DNA from: Gnetum montanum
Lineage: Eukaryota > Plantae > Gnetophyta
Reading direction: 5' to 3'
DNA: 64,000 nt
Assembly: GCA_015680685.1 (NCBI GenBank)
Contig: MNCI01002752.1
Coordinates: 296,584 to 360,583 of the forward strand
A program made the position numbers and the translations under genes. Positions 24,490-38,296 of the stretch are shown in pieces; the first letter of the stretch is position 1; the number at the start of each line of letters is the position of its first letter. Under the pieces are notes generated by a model that saw nothing but the letters and a program-made list of their open reading frames with translations, did not search any database and was not told where the DNA came from.

Positions 24490-27400
24490 ATTGGGGGCAA
24501 GGGATGCAATGGGAGACCAAGTTGAGACTGGGGATAGGGTGGGTGCTGGCGCAATGGAGATTGCACAAGGTGGTGTTGAGGGGGACCCTGGGGCCGACAA
24601 TGGCTCGATGGGGGGTGGGGGCGCAAGCATGGCTGGGGGGTTTGGTTTCAAGGGTAGAGGCATTGAGGAGTGCTCCCACATGGACAACATGATGAGGCTG
24701 TGGGTTAGTGGACCGTCGGATGAGGAGTTAGGACTATGGAGTGTAGCTTGATGGGGCATTTCATGTCGTCTGGGGCCTGGCCTAAGCTAGACCTTATTTG
24801 AAAGTGGAAAAAGGAGGTTTGGGGGATGAGGGAGGTGGAGGTACATAGTTTGTTAGATGACCTACTCTTGTTCATTTTTAAGAACTTGGCAGAATGGGAT
24901 GTGGTCCTCTGGGGTGGGCTGTGGTTTTATGGCACTATGGGGTTGGCACTTACGCATTGGTAGCCAAAGGTTCATTGGGAGCCAAACTTGTTCTTGCGCA
25001 TGCCGGTCGACGGGCATGTTTCTAGGATTCCTTGGGAAATGTGGAATTTGGATTTTTTGACGCAAATTGTGATCTTCTTCTGGGAGTTTATATCTTTTGA
25101 TAAGGTCATGTAGTCGATGGAGTGAATGGGCTTCACTCGTTTTTGCATTTGGTGGGCCTTGTCTTCAAAGGACTTGGTCAAGGAGGTCGTGCTTGAGTTG
25201 CTAGGGTGAGATGAACGACTTTGGGCAGAATTTGAGAACCTTGAGATGGAATAGTTGGTGGAGGTTATCCTACCAGCCTGGGGGGTGTTCCCTGTGCAGG
25301 AAAGATAGCCATTGTGAGGTTGATTATAGGTTTTGGGGTGTGGGGACATAGCGGGCCAAAGCTCTAGTGCATGGCCTAGTGGCAAGTCTTGTGGATGGGG
25401 ACTAGGCTGTGGTGGGGTGGTGGGGCAAGTGTAGGCTCCACTTGCTGGCCCTCGCATGCCCTAAGTGGTGCCTAGGGACACATGCAGCTTGTCTCCCGCT
25501 ACCCCACCTTCTATCATGCCTACTAAGCTAGGGGTCAAGCTCTTCCTGTTGGGCGATTGGGTAAATGTGGTTTGGGGGAGTTCTAAGACATGGTGGCTGG
25601 TTGTGTCTCCTCTACCTATGGAGAACTTCAACAGCTTTCCAGTGTTGCTAGAGGGGGGCTGACTGGGTTGCCTATTCGAGACTATGTCATGGGATAAATA
25701 GACAAGGAGGAGTATCAACTTGGGTATATAGCAGACCTTGAAAGAGGTCTACCACCGATGTTCCACCAGTAATTGGGCATAGACTGTGCCTACCCCCAAG
25801 GGGCCCAGGAATTTCAACACTTTTTGGCGTCACAATCGCTAGTTGACTTGGAGATTGAAAATTGTCAATTTACGTGGAGTAACATATGTAGGGGGCCGAA
25901 CAAGTCCTTTCTAGGATCAACTGGGTTTGGATTAGCTTGGAGTTGCTGCTGTGGCTAGATGTCTGGCTTACAGGTAAGGAGCGGTTGGCTTTGGATCACC
26001 GATCGATCCTTTAATATTTGGGGCCTTTGGGAAAACAGTCATCTCGATCATTTTGGTTTGAAGTTTCTTGGTTGTTGAAGTCGTGGTTGCACCCCTTAGT
26101 TGAAGATATCTATGCAAGTTACCAATAGGATGGGGGGACCCTAGGAACTTTCAACAAGATGGCCTCCTCCGCTTGAAGTGGGCTATTCAATCCTTGGCTA
26201 TGTAGGATAAATTTTCATTCCGGCCAGGCCGCATGGACCTCAAGTTTCGGTTGGTCAATATTTAGGCTTGGAAAGAGTCTAGAGAGGACCTATAGGGTGA
26301 GGAAGCAAAGGTTTTGCAGCAATTGTAGGTGCTAGACCTAGAAGAGGAAACCTATTGGCAATAGCACTCATAGGCTAGGTGGCTTAGGGAGGGTGATAGG
26401 TAGATGAATTTCTCCTTTGTGGTTGCAAAGTCTTGTGGGTTGAGCCAACACCCCCTTACTATGATGGCTAACAGATCCCATGTGGATGATCCTAAAATGG
26501 TTTCCCGAATGCTGGTGGACTATTGGGGCATGATTTGGGCAGAGCAACCTATGTCGTCGGTGTCTGTGCAAGTCCCAGGGGTGTTGGATGAGGGGGACAA
26601 CGCTCAGTTGATGGGTCCATTTACCTTGCAAGAGTTGAAAAAGGCCATTGGATCCATGCCGGGGGGTAGGGTGCAAGGGCCAGATGGCTGGAACATCGAT
26701 TTCTTTAAGGAATTTTTTGATATTGTGGGGCCCAATGTTCTCGACACTTTCAACCTGATGTTGGCCAAATGTCAAGTGCGTTGAGAGATCAATTACTCTC
26801 AAATTTTTTGTATTACCAAGCAGGCCAACGCTTCTTCCCTTGCTCATTTCCAACCCATTGGGCTTTGTAATGGGTTGATCAGAATCTTCTCTAAGTTGAT
26901 TGTTCAATGACTAGTCCCTATCATGCCAAAACTTATTGGTGAGCACTAAGTGGGTTTTGTTCAAGGGTGGTCCTTGCAAGACTAGGTGATCCTTATGCAG
27001 GAAATCCTACACTTCCTATGAATTTTGAAATTCCCTAGACCGTGTCTAAAACTAGGCATTACGGAGGCCTATGATATGATCAGTTGGGAGGCACTTGCTA
27101 CCATTTTGTTGTAGAAAGGTTTTGACCCTGCTTTCGTGCACCTGTGTGTCCAAATGCAGGAGTTGGCTGCTTTCTCCTTTGATGTGGGGGGTAAGCTATG
27201 GGGGTTCTCATATGCCAAAATGGGTTTGAGGTAGGGTGACCCCCTTTCGTCGTTGCTCTTTATCATCACCATGGATTTGATAAAATACTATTACAAGGTT
27301 GTGAGGGTGTAGGGGCTGGAGGTTGTAGGCATGGAGTGTCTTGTGGAGCATTACGTTGATGACATGATGCTTCTTAGCTAGGCTGGGATGCCCTAGGTAG

Positions 27401-30010
27401 GGAAAATTAACCAAGCACTTGCATCTATGGCAGAGGACATCAACCTAGTGGTGAATTGGGAGAAGTCCATGGCTCACTTCCTTAATGTGGATGCGTGGGT
27501 TATGTGTCAAATCTCGTAGGTGCTAAGGTTCCTCCTAGGGATGGCCTAGGATTCTTATCTTGGTGTCCTGCTTTTTTCCTGTAGGCAGTGCACTTCTTGG
27601 ACTATGGTTCTACAAAAATTGAGGTTTAGGTGGGCCATTAGGCTAACCACTTTCTCACTTGGAAAGGAAGGTTGGTGTTGGTGTTTGTGGTGCTTGCAAC
27701 AATGGCACATTTTTTGGCTATCATTGCTACTCTCCTAGAGGCCATGGTCCAGAATATCAATTGGCTCATCCAAAATTTTGTGTAGTTAAGGGGTAGAGTG
27801 GGGAGTAAATTACATCTCATTAGATAGGACAAAATCACCCACCCTTGGGAAGTGAAGGGCTTGGGCAATTTTCAAATTTGAAAATGAGTTGATGATGGGA
27901 TAGTAGCAACTGTTGTTATGGCTGACTTAGTAGGGAGAAGGGACTGCGTAGTGGATTTGCATCATGTGAAGGAAATATGATAGGTGGCAAATGGGGGCAC
28001 ACGACTCTAGGGCCTGGAGGATGCTTTGCATGCATGTACAATGCATGCTAGTGCAGGGGTGGCTGGAATAGATGTCGCACCAGCTCATGAAATCGATGTA
28101 CCTACCAATCCACAATTGGTGGCAAGTTTGGTAGGGAAAACTACTAGAGAAAATTAAGGCATTCCTTTGGCTCATTGAGAGTAACACCCTGTTCATATGG
28201 GCATCATTATAGCAATGTGGCCTCAATATTAAAGTAAATTGTGCCCTATGTAATGGTGGGCCCGAGACCATGCTACACTTTGTGTTTCAGTGTTCTTACA
28301 TGTAGGACATGTGGCAGGTGGTGGGGTGGCATGCTTCGATGCTGCTAATGGGAGATTCAAAAGCCATGTTACTTTTATGGGAGGCGTGGAAGATACGAAA
28401 CAATAAAGTCTTTTGACAATAGCGCATTCCCACCCTTGTGCAAGTGGTCATCTGAACGAAGAAAGTGTGGAAGAAAATTGTCATGGCCATGGGGATCATG
28501 CCAACATACAAAGTGGCCTGCATAGCTTTTTGCATGCATAGGGAGCTCTGGGGTCTAGTTGAGCAATGTGGTTGGGGCAACATTCTCCCACAACNNNNNN
28601 NNNNNNNNNNNNNNNNNNNNNNNNNNNNNNNNNNNNNNNNNNNNNNNNNNNNNNNNNNNNNNNNNNNNNNNNNNNNNNNNNNNNNNNNNNNNNNNNNNNN
28701 NNNNNNNNNNNNNNNNNNNNNNNNNNNNNNNNNNNNNNNNNNNNNNNNNNNNNNNNNNNNNNNNNNNNNNNNNNNNNNNNNNNNNNNNNNNNNNNNNNNN
28801 NNNNNNNNNNNNNNNNNNNNNNNNNNNNNNNNNNNNNNNNNNNNNNNNNNNNNNNNNNNNNNNNNNNNNNNNNNNNNNNNNNNNNNNNNNNNNNNNNNNN
28901 NNNNNNNNNNNNNNNNNNNNNNNNNNNNNNNNNNNNNNNNNNNNNNNNNNNNCCATGGTAGAGGTGCTCCCACCCAATGTGGGTCTGAGTGGGGATGTGG
29001 TGCTTGTCATGGAGCTAAACAAGGGCATGGAGGAGGTAGCAATGGGGGCCAGAGCTGAAGAGTAGTGGGCCTGGGAGGCCCAGTGGGAGGAGACCCTCTA
29101 GCAGGTGCAGGCTGCCTTGGAGTCTTGGTTTTGCGAGTGGAAGTAAGAACTACTTAGGTAGCAGACTTTGCAAGTGGAGAGCTCTCGAGCAAGATTGGTA
29201 GATAAGCTCTGCAACTAGGTATGGGCAGAGCTACAACAGGAAGAGCTCACTTAGAGGAAAAGGGAGTGGATGGAGCATGTGCAACGGGCTTGGGAGTAGG
29301 AGGAAGAGATGTAGTGGCAACACTAGTTAGATAGGGTGCATGAGTAGAGTGTCAGGTAGTGGCTTGGGGAAGGGCAGTGCCCTTATGTCGTGCTGGGCAT
29401 CAATTGTGAGAGTTTGTGGGTGGAACTATAGTAGCATATTTGTCGTACCTCCATGCATTTCCATTCGAATGGTGGGGGATCAACTAAGGAGCGGGCACAA
29501 AGAGAGGTGGCCTTGTAGGATTTCTAGTAGGCCATCAAGTTTGTGGGCTCTGAGTTGCACAAGAACACGTTGGATATCTTGCATGCCCTCAAAAGGCCAC
29601 ACTATGAGTATCACACCCTGCCTAGATAGCTATAATGGATCTGGTGCTGCTCGAGCCTCGTTTGTGTTTCTGTTTTGTTTCTCTTGGTTGTTTATGGTAT
29701 TTGGTTTGGTTTCTTGTTTGGCTAGTATGGCCTTGGTTTGCGCACAGTATGTGTTTCGTTTGTGGGATGTGGGCCATTGGGGAGGAGTTGGGGAGTGCAG
29801 TGAGGTGTTTCCCCTCAGGCAGGTGTGTTTTGTTGAGGTCCTTTGGGTTAGGTTCGGTGTGGTCGTGTTGGGCCTGTGGGGCTTTTTCCATGGGGTTGTG
29901 GTTGGGTTGTTTCCCCCTCTCCAAGGGTGGATCCATCCTGTCGTTTTCTCATGGCAACAATTTGTACAAATTTCATTTCAATAATCCATTCCCGAACATT
30001 TTCTCAAAAA
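24490..30010 (+). mobile_element. L1-clade LINE, J-domain family copy 2 (degenerate)
   Basis: TSD AAAAATATATAAA(C/T)T at about 24475-24489 and 30008-30022, plus poly-A. APE C-half QFTWSN...DHR at 25860-26005. RT motifs GPDGWNIDFFKEFFD (26677), GDPLSSLLFI (about 27235) and HYVDD (about 27349). zf-RVT WLIE...CALCNGGPETMLHFVFQC (28170-28295). WEAWKIRNN then continues in frame into a PMD-like start, a coiled coil and a decayed J-domain (CPYVVLGIN...FHSN at 29462). Confidence 0.9.
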
Positions 30011-30299
30011 AATATATAAATTGTTGTCTTTTCAAATTTATAAAATTTTTATTCTTACAAAGTTAACAGTCTTTAGATACCACATTCTTTCAAAGAGCTT
30101 GTTTTGATTCATATAATGCTTCCCTCAAATAACATACTTGATTCTCTCCAACACCAAATATAAATTTCATCACACTTGAGGCATCAAGCGGTTAGCTCAT
30201 TGTCTTGTTTGGCAAGAGGTTACTAGTTCATATCACACTTGAGACATCATTATATTCTTGTATAATTCTTCTAAAGTATTGTGTTGGCTATATGTTTTG

Positions 30300-30745
30300 A
30301 GATGTACTTATAGTCATTCTTTCAAGTTCCAATGCAAGGAGGTGAAGAAGGAAAACTTAGCAAATAAGGTAAACTCCTATGCTAAATCCATGGAAGAGGG
30401 TTATCATATCTCAATTTCAGAAAAGGCACTCCAGAACCAGCCATGGTGGTTCCTAGTAGGCACTTTCTCAAAAAGGGTCTTGTACCAGGTGAAATGTAGG
30501 CTTGGATAAAGAAGGCCTTCTCTAGTGGTGAAGCTAGCTCCAATTTGAGGGAACACATATTTCTTTATGTTTGCAAAGGCCTCTGAAATGTATGTTGTTG
30601 AAGCTATGATGGTTTGGTGGGTAGGTATCCTGGTAATGCAAATTGAGAAGTGGGACCCACATTTCCTTCTGGCATAGAAGGAAAAACCTAGGATAATGAA
30701 TGCAATAAGGAGGTTTGCAGTTTGAATTTGCCTTCCCAGGCTTTG
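30300..30745 (+). mobile_element. LINE ORF1 (DUF4283-like) remnant
   Basis: WFLVGTF...MQIEKWDPHF-type motifs resembling the N-terminal domain of plant L1 ORF1. Heavily decayed. Confidence 0.4.
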
Positions 30746-31975
30746 ATCTTTAACTTTGATCTTTAACTGAGTGTTTGCTTAAATAATACTTTTGCAATAC
30801 GTATGCTTTGATGAAGGTGGTAAATGTTTCTTCGTTTTATAGGACAAAAAAAGCCAATCCAGGCCTATAGTGGCCAGCCACCAACCAGAGGTTCCAACTC
30901 TTAAAAGGCTTTCAACAGCTGACATAATAAAACTGAAACATAAAAGGATTGGTAACTACAGCTAGTGAGAATGACATGAAACCTAAATCACAACAGCTGG
31001 ATAGAAACAAAACAACAGAACAACTATAAAGTCAATATTCATGGTTTACACCAAGTATACCCAGATTTGCTTTGGGATAACTTGACAGCGTGGGGCGAGA
31101 CAACAAATGAAAAGTTAACTACAACAATCAGTTTCACAGAACAAATTAGTGATATAAAATTACAATGGGTTAACAAACAATAGTTTTAAGCCAGCTAAGT
31201 ACTTCGTAGCTCAACCTTGGGTCTCAGTCCTGCCTGAATTTCCAAGCTCGTATAAAGATGTATCCACTAAGCTCATGACTCCAAGTAGCTCAAAAGTCAG
31301 TATGGACAGGTGCCCATTATTTCATAGTCTCTTGGTATCACTATGAAGTTCAATTTCAGCTCATTTGCCGAGTTTTCTGCAGTCTCAGTTTCTACCGCAA
31401 AGCTCCTGCTAAATTTAGCTTTAGTGTTCGCTGAGCTGCCTTTGCAGATACAGTATGCACAACCACTCTTTCATAATGGTTTTCGTCTTTTTATGAAAGA
31501 AGAGCTCATCAGCTCCGCACTCAATAAATCTGATTTTTCTTCATATTTCCTCCTCCTACTTCTCAACTACAATTGATCTCAGGCTTTAACTCTTGCGTCA
31601 ATGATTGCATCTTTTTCTTGTTCAGGTCACGTTGGTTCATTTGTAAAATTCATTTATCTGGGAATAAATGTATTTTACTGATTGTTCTTTTTAATAATGA
31701 AATTGGGTCTTTGTAATACTATGTCAATGGTACTAATGGTTGACTGTAGAATTAGATCAGATCAGGAACAGAAAAATAGATAAACAACAATGAAACTGAA
31801 ACTGAAAATGTTTTTAAATTACATCCAAGATCCAATGGATCTATTGGACCAGTTCGGTTTTAACAATTCTCTTGCATAATGTTTGTACATTATAACGGTG
31901 TCTATTTAAATTACCTTTGGAAGTAAAATAATAATAAAAAGCAGACTAATTAAAAGAATTTATGGAATCACATAC

Positions 31976-32025
31976 CCAAGCTGGGAATACTTTGGAGGTA
32001 AAAGTGATGCAATTTTGTCCGTAAA
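31976..32025 (-). pseudogene. SEC8: SEC8 exon remnant FTDKIASLLPPKYSQL(G)
   Basis: Boundaries cacag|TTT...CTT GG|gtatgt, 50 nt. Matches SEC8 FTDKIxSMLPxKxSQL. Confidence 0.9.
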
Positions 32026-32116
32026 CTGTGATATAGCAATATTTGTAAGAATAGAAAAAAAGGGAAATATCCATGCAAATGTAGAAAAGCACACTTTAAA
32101 AACTAAACCAACAAAC

Positions 32117-32158
32117 CTGAGCTCCTCTGATCGCGACTCTGAAGTATACCATCCCCAC
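32117..32158 (-). pseudogene. SEC8: Probable SEC8 exon remnant (G)GDGILQSRDQRSS with an internal deletion
   Basis: Boundaries ttctag|GT GGG GAT...TCA G|gtttgt, only 42 nt and ending in phase 1, whereas the next exon starts in phase 0. The conserved EGYGxAAVLPEQGIYLAASIYRPVLQ segment is absent. Confidence 0.55.
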
Positions 32159-32710
32159 CTAGAAGTACATGAAAAAAAATAAGATACCTCTAGCTGAACA
32201 AGATTGGGGAATTGTGGTTCCAGAAAGTAAAAAGACAGACAGCCAAATAAGTCATTATCACAACGCACCATTAAAAAAATTTGTTATAGTCTAAAAATAC
32301 TTCCACAAACATCCACCTAATACACCAAAAATTTGAGGTTGTACCGTACGCTTAACAGTTTTTAAAGAATTTTTTAGAGGGACAGGATGTTGATTGGAGA
32401 TGCAATGAGCAAACCAAATACATTCAAATGACCTTTCCTGCATGTATCCTTCACAAAGGTCACAGATAAGCAAGGTTAAACTTGTAACTGTTAACATTAG
32501 TGTACAATGTCTCTTACCTCATGAGGACAAAAGTTTAAAAGTTAATATTTTTATTTATTTTCTTGAGTTGATGGGTGGATATAATCTATTTTTGCACTAA
32601 CTTACCCTTATTTTGCACAAATTTCCTTCTTTTAATTATGAGGAATGACTTCTCAAATTCCCCAGGTATGGCCCCTATCATTTTCTATAAATTGTAAGGC
32701 CATACACGGA

Positions 32711-34232
32711 TGTAATGACCTGGTTTTTCTGCAATGAAGCTCTTGTTACGAATTTCTTACAAGAATCATCTTGTTTTTGTAACTGTTCACATTCCATAAG
32801 AATTTGTTCTCACACCATTATCAATTTTCATTGCTACCAATTCAGTTTTCAGCTCCATTCTATCAATTTAAGTCAACCTCTTCAATAATCATCTCTCCTA
32901 TCCATCACTTAGATTCAACATGTTTTACGTTTGACTCAGCATTCTCATTATTGCACTTTAATTTTAGTTTTTCTTCAGGTTTCCAACATCAAAGGCATCC
33001 AGTTCAGAAGTTCAAAGGTCATATACAAGTTTAATCCAATATGCCCTTTCTACCAAGGAAGAAATTGATAGATCTTTATTCCAAATGATAAAGCATTTCA
33101 TGGTGAACTTGCAAACATAAAATTTGTCATTTTTCAATCATCCAAAGTCAAGAAATTTGCAAAAAATAGTTTGACTACAACTTGTAATCAAGTTGTTGTA
33201 TTACAAGTTTTCAAACCACAAGTCCACCATGACTTGTGGTATTGCTGAGATCATTTTTTCTTCAAGCCACGACTCATGGTCAACTTGTGGCAGAATACTA
33301 TGACTTGTGATTAGGTTGTGGTGTCAACCACAATTCATGGTTTCCCCATGGTTGCTCCATGGTTTAGAAGTCTCTCAAGAAATTTTCACCATGACTTGTG
33401 GTGATCTCATGGTGCAAACCAAGACTCATGGTCTACTCATGGTGAACATTTATGTAAGGTAAATTTAGTATGACTCTTGGTAAAGTTAGAATAGTAACCA
33501 TGATTCATGGTGGTATCTTCAGACAATCTTAATCTATGTTTCTAGGTAAACCATGACTCATGCTGTAATACCATGACTCGTGGTCAAGTTGTAGTTGACT
33601 CATAGTTATCAAAAATCAGAATTTTGACAAATCTAGAAGCCTTAAGTCAAAAACTTTTAAGAAAGCAAATTAGTAGTAATAAAGTATAGAATGAGTGAAA
33701 ACAGTAAAAGATGTAATGTAGCTTGAGTTCTCTAAAATTGGATTAGACTATACATGTTTTGACACTTGCTTATCAAAGTTGCAACTATGTAGGATTTCTT
33801 GTGGAATAGAGATAACATGTTGCAATATAGCATTATGAAATGAAAACAACAAAATTTTACTTTACATAATTATTTGCTAATGAGTTCTTGCTAAGTAGTT
33901 CTTTGGGTTCTATTTTTCTAGAAGTGATTTCTCTAGAATTTTCTATACTATTGAGATCCTTCTAGTAGCATGACTTACAGATGTTTTTGGATTATAGTTT
34001 GAAACATGATTTTGCCCATTCAGGGGCTAAATCCATTTGTTCTAGGGGTTTACCTTGTGAATCTTGCATCTCTTATTTATCATTTTGCATCAATTACTGT
34101 TTTCGATTTAGTTTTGTACTTTGCTCATTATTTTCAGGATTTTTCAATTGGTTAATCTATGTTATCCATTGCTTGTCATTTTTCTAGTCCATTTGCTCTA
34201 CCAAGTCATTTTTCTTCCAGTGGTATCAAAGC
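32711..34232 (+). mobile_element. LTR (32711-34219) plus PBS of a truncated LTR retrotransposon
   Basis: Starts TGTAATGACC and ends ...TTCCA, followed by G and TGGTATCAAAGC (34221-34232, tRNA-iMet-type PBS). No recognisable gag follows. Confidence 0.75.
33170..33605 (+). repeat. Degenerate array of CCATGACT(C/T)(A/G)TGG motifs inside the LTR
   Basis: More than 10 variants of CCATGACTCATGGT / CCATGACTTGTGGT, a near-palindromic unit. Confidence 0.7.
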
Positions 34233-36499
34233 AAGGTTGAGGGTTGGCTACATTCTCTATGGTGATTTCTTTTATGTACATTGAAGTAATGTTCAATAGT
34301 GTAGAGATGTAGTTTTACACACAAAAGAAAAATTCCTAAATGTGAAAGGTGTAGAAATTACAGTTATGGTGGTGGTATCTACAACAATAAAGAAATAAGA
34401 GGAAAGATAAATCTTAAGGTATCTCTTTATATTCTCTTGTATTTTGGTTTCTTTTTTTGGCATTTCTTACTTAAGCAAGAGTTATAAATCCAACTATGGT
34501 CTTGCTCAAGATGAAAGTTTCTCTGATCTTAGGTTGTAGAATTGTTGTATGAAAGGAAATGAGATGCTATTTTGACTAGAAAACCTTCTTTCATGATTAA
34601 TGAAGTTTTATTTTGTTTTGTGTATGTATGTGTGTTTTTCTTTTTTGTGGGAGGGAGGTAACTATAGTTAAAAGTGTGCATGAAATAATGTATGATAATG
34701 GTTAACAATAAGATCTTTGTAATTAACTATTAAAGTTTGGTTTTATGTTTCGTGGACAACTTTAATTTACTAGGATCTTCATATACCAAGCTTTAATCTC
34801 AAACTACCACACCATAAATGGCCTATCCTTCATGGATTCTAAGCCAACATAACATGCAACATTTGCTAAGTGATACTTCTTTGGTGTCTAGGCACTTTTA
34901 TTTATTGCATCCTTATTTTTTGATAGGAATTCATCACTTCATGAGCCCTTTCCCAAACAACTCAACTTACAACCACATCTTGGACTCACATAGTTCTTCT
35001 TACAACCTATTTAGATTTTTTGTTCTTGTCCTATTATTCCTCTTTTTCTTTTCCTCTTTTTTTATGCCTCTATCTTGTTCCAGGTCACACACTTTATATT
35101 GTCCATGTCACACTACTTATTTCATGAGTAGTCATGATGTTTTATCTCATGACCCATCTTTATTGGATTTTCATCTTAAAGTTTGTAACAATGTTGTGAG
35201 TCTACTTTGTTATGATGATTTCTATGAATAGTGCTGATTTGTAGAGCCATCTATAATTTTCTGATTGTGATAGATTTAGAGTGTTGCTAATGTGCTTTTA
35301 TTGATGATTGGTTGAATAACAAGTTATTCTTCCTTGTGATTGATTTAAGTTGTGCTAATGTGTGTTGCATGTATTACTATATGCAAAGTACTAAATACAT
35401 ACTACCCATCAATCTAGCATATATTAATAGAACAAACAAAAGAAATTTTGAGAAATGAAACTAAAATGTTGTATTATTTATGAGGTTGTCACTATGCTTT
35501 TATTTTTGTGTGTGTTGCATAACCTATGTGCATTAAAATGATTTCTTAAATTGATTAAAATGTTCCTATGTGAAGTATGTGTACGTGTGTAAGTGTGGAT
35601 ATCTCATGTACTTGCTTTGGTGTGCATTCATATAAGTTTTAGATATCTTATCTCTAATTCTAATTTTTCAGCAATGAGAGTTGGAAAGAAAAGAAGAAAC
35701 AAATATTCTTTACATTATGTTTCAAGGGCTGAAAAAGAGGTATGTTTTCCTTAGTATGAATGATTCTTTTAAATATATATACTTATGCATTTGTTGCTAA
35801 GGACCTTGACCAATGAATCAAGTAGAAGGAACCTGACCTATGAATTAGGAATATTATGTATATCATAGTTATATTATTTTAAATAATGAACATATTGAAT
35901 GTTGTGTACATTGTTGATGCATTGTTCTTTAGAGTTTCATCAGTTAATAAAATATAAGTACCCCCTCCATGGCTATAGAACATGACATTTCAAGGCATCA
36001 TAAGACAATGTAATAATAAAATATGAACATAAAATGGAAACTCTTTTATTGCTAATGGCCTAAAAGAGAAGGTGTTTCACTTGGTTTTATGTCTTGGACT
36101 TGCACTCTTTCATATTCTCATTTTGAAATTTCTTCCCTTGCACCTTATGATTTGATTTCTCAGAAGAAATGTTGCTAAAATGAAGCACAACTACATATTT
36201 ATTATTGGTACATTTAGAAGTGATATGTTACTAAAGAAAGAAGGAACATAGGTGGATATTAAGTTTGAATATTTTATGCTTAGTTTTTTGCTATGTGAGA
36301 TCAAAAGGAATTGAACTTGAGACTTGGCAAAATTCGAATTTCAAAATATTAGAAGTTACAACTAAGGGAATTGAACCTGCAACCTATTAGAATATACTTT
36401 TATTAATTTTTAAGAGTGATCATGGAAAGAATTGAACTCATGACTAGGTGGTGTAGAAAAAGGATTTATTTATTTATTTAAAAAAGGAGGAACAAACTA

Positions 36500-37950
36500 G
36501 TTTTTAATAATGAATCGATTACAAGAAACAACCTATCATCTCTTGAATTCTACTAGTAATTATAAAGAGAGGATAGAGTGGAGGAGAAAAAGAGGAAAGA
36601 AAAAAGAAAGAAATAAAAGAAGAGTATGTGTGTGCACACATGAGAAAGGAGAGTTCAATCATAAGGGGAGGTGGCTGGATATGAACAACAGCAAATAGAA
36701 AAGAAGATTGTGGTTGAACAAGAAGATAAACAACAACAATAGAAGATTGTAGCTGAAGCAACAAATGAACAACAACAACAACAAGATGATGGTTGAAAGA
36801 GAAGAAGAAGAACAACCAAAAAAGATTATGCTTCAAATAACAAATGAACACCAACATGAGAAGGTTGTGGTTGGGGAAAAAAAAAAGAATAGCAACAAGG
36901 AGAAATTGTGGTAGCTATAGAAGAGAACAAATGAAGGGAAGAATAGTAGTCTAATATTGTAATTAATTTTTCTTAGAAAATAAGAAGGTAAGATGGATCC
37001 TTCTCTTGCTATGTGTGATGGACAGTGTTGGCTAATAATCTCAATATCTTAGCTCTTCTCTTTTCTTTGCCATGAATATCATTGTATGTTAAAAGCAACT
37101 TTGACAAGATTTGTGGTTAAGATTTTGGATTGTTGAATCCTTAATTTTGTTGATGGATCTCTCCACCTATCCTTTGCACTCTCAAGCCTAAATGACTTGG
37201 ATGAGAGTTGCTTTTGTGACAATTCAAAAACACTCATAATGATTTAGGGCATATTGGCATAATGATTTGCCAACAAGGGCCAAGGATCCTTTATAGGAGA
37301 ATTGGTACTACTATTAGAAAGTGAAAGTATTCTTGGGCCCATTTATATTTTTTAATTTTTTGAAATTTATAGAATTGTTGAATTCTTGGTTCTTGGCTGG
37401 AAAATTGGCTTGATGATTCCCTTGAATTCTTAATCCTTGGATTGAATTTTGATTCTTATTTGTGTACCTTCTCAAGGACGATTTTATTATTTTTCTATGA
37501 GCCCAATGGAGTAGGGAAAATCTAGGATATTAATTTATGGTCATTAAATGGTAGTGATGTTAAATCATGGTTGTTAAATGTAGGTGATTTCTCTATTCTC
37601 TATTATTGGTAAATTAGCTAAGTTGATTAAATGTTAGTGGTGTGCATTATATTATTTCAAATTAGCAAAGTTGATTTCAAATGATTTATCATGAGTGTTG
37701 CTAAAAAAAATAAGTTAGTATCATTGTGCAATTGAATGGATTTGATATTACTAATTTATACATTTCTTGTGGATAACTATTGGGTTAGACAAGTTTGTTG
37801 AAGAAAAACATCTAGTATATTATTATGATCTGAGAAAAATTAGAATTTGATCCATAAATTAGACCTATACATTATATGAAAGGAATCTTGCATAGATTTT
37901 TTATGTCATTATTTGCTTTTCATAGTTGTCTTTGATTAGCAATAGTTCAG
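36500..37950. repeat. Unclassified dispersed repeat, copy B (homologous to 3390-4560)
   Basis: See copy A. Also shares GGAGT(G/A)GGG(G)AAAA(C/T)CTAGGAT(G/A)TTAATTTATGGT. Confidence 0.7.
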
Positions 37951-38296
37951 CTAAAATCCTATTATGGTTATGGTGTTTTGTGCTAATTAGACATGATTTT
38001 TCTTTGATATTATGTATATATGTAGAAATCATTGTATTGCTTTGTATTTCAATTTGCAATTTTCCAAGGAAATGAATAATATGTTTTCCTTGAGTTTGAC
38101 TTCCTTATGATGGATTACATTTTGGCCGTGTATAATTTAAGACTGCTAAGTAAAGTGATTGAATTAATTGGCATCTTGCTAAGCTAGATGCCTATGGATA
38201 TGATTTTAAGTTTTAGATATTTTCACATTTGTACTGCACCTTGGATGTATAGTGTATTAATAGATGTAGATTATCATATTGGCATTCTCTTCTTGT

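Larger units (their letters stand above)
6417..32158 (-). pseudogene. SEC8: Exocyst complex component SEC8 (EXOC4) pseudogene fragment, 9 exon remnants covering part of the C-terminal half
   Basis: Spliced exons give FTDKIASLLPPKYSQLG / KDGLQAFIENFVKDHFLPAMFVDYRKCVQQAIA / SPAAFRPRPYAGAVYSPSIENGRPVLQGLLAIDHLTKE / VLGRAQAMPKYADELVEYVQTFLQRAYERCRTSYIE / AVLEKQSYILIGRMDVENLM / ENLIRDDNKLVLLSALSDSLEYVVDSIER / ...VLRIEMQ... / DAEEPEDFIISLVTQ. This is colinear with plant SEC8 as I recall it. Disabling lesions are listed per exon. Confidence 0.9.

Noticed and set aside
29340-30066. 214-aa and 143-aa hydrophobic ORFs
   Set aside because: They are off-frame readings of the decayed J-domain and the GT-rich LINE 3' UTR, and are not conserved in sister copies.
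32511-32530. Possible further SEC8 exon end (CATGAG|gtaaga on the minus strand)
   Set aside because: The donor motif is good, but there is no recognisable SEC8 coding sequence upstream. It may mark the truncation point but cannot be supported as an exon.
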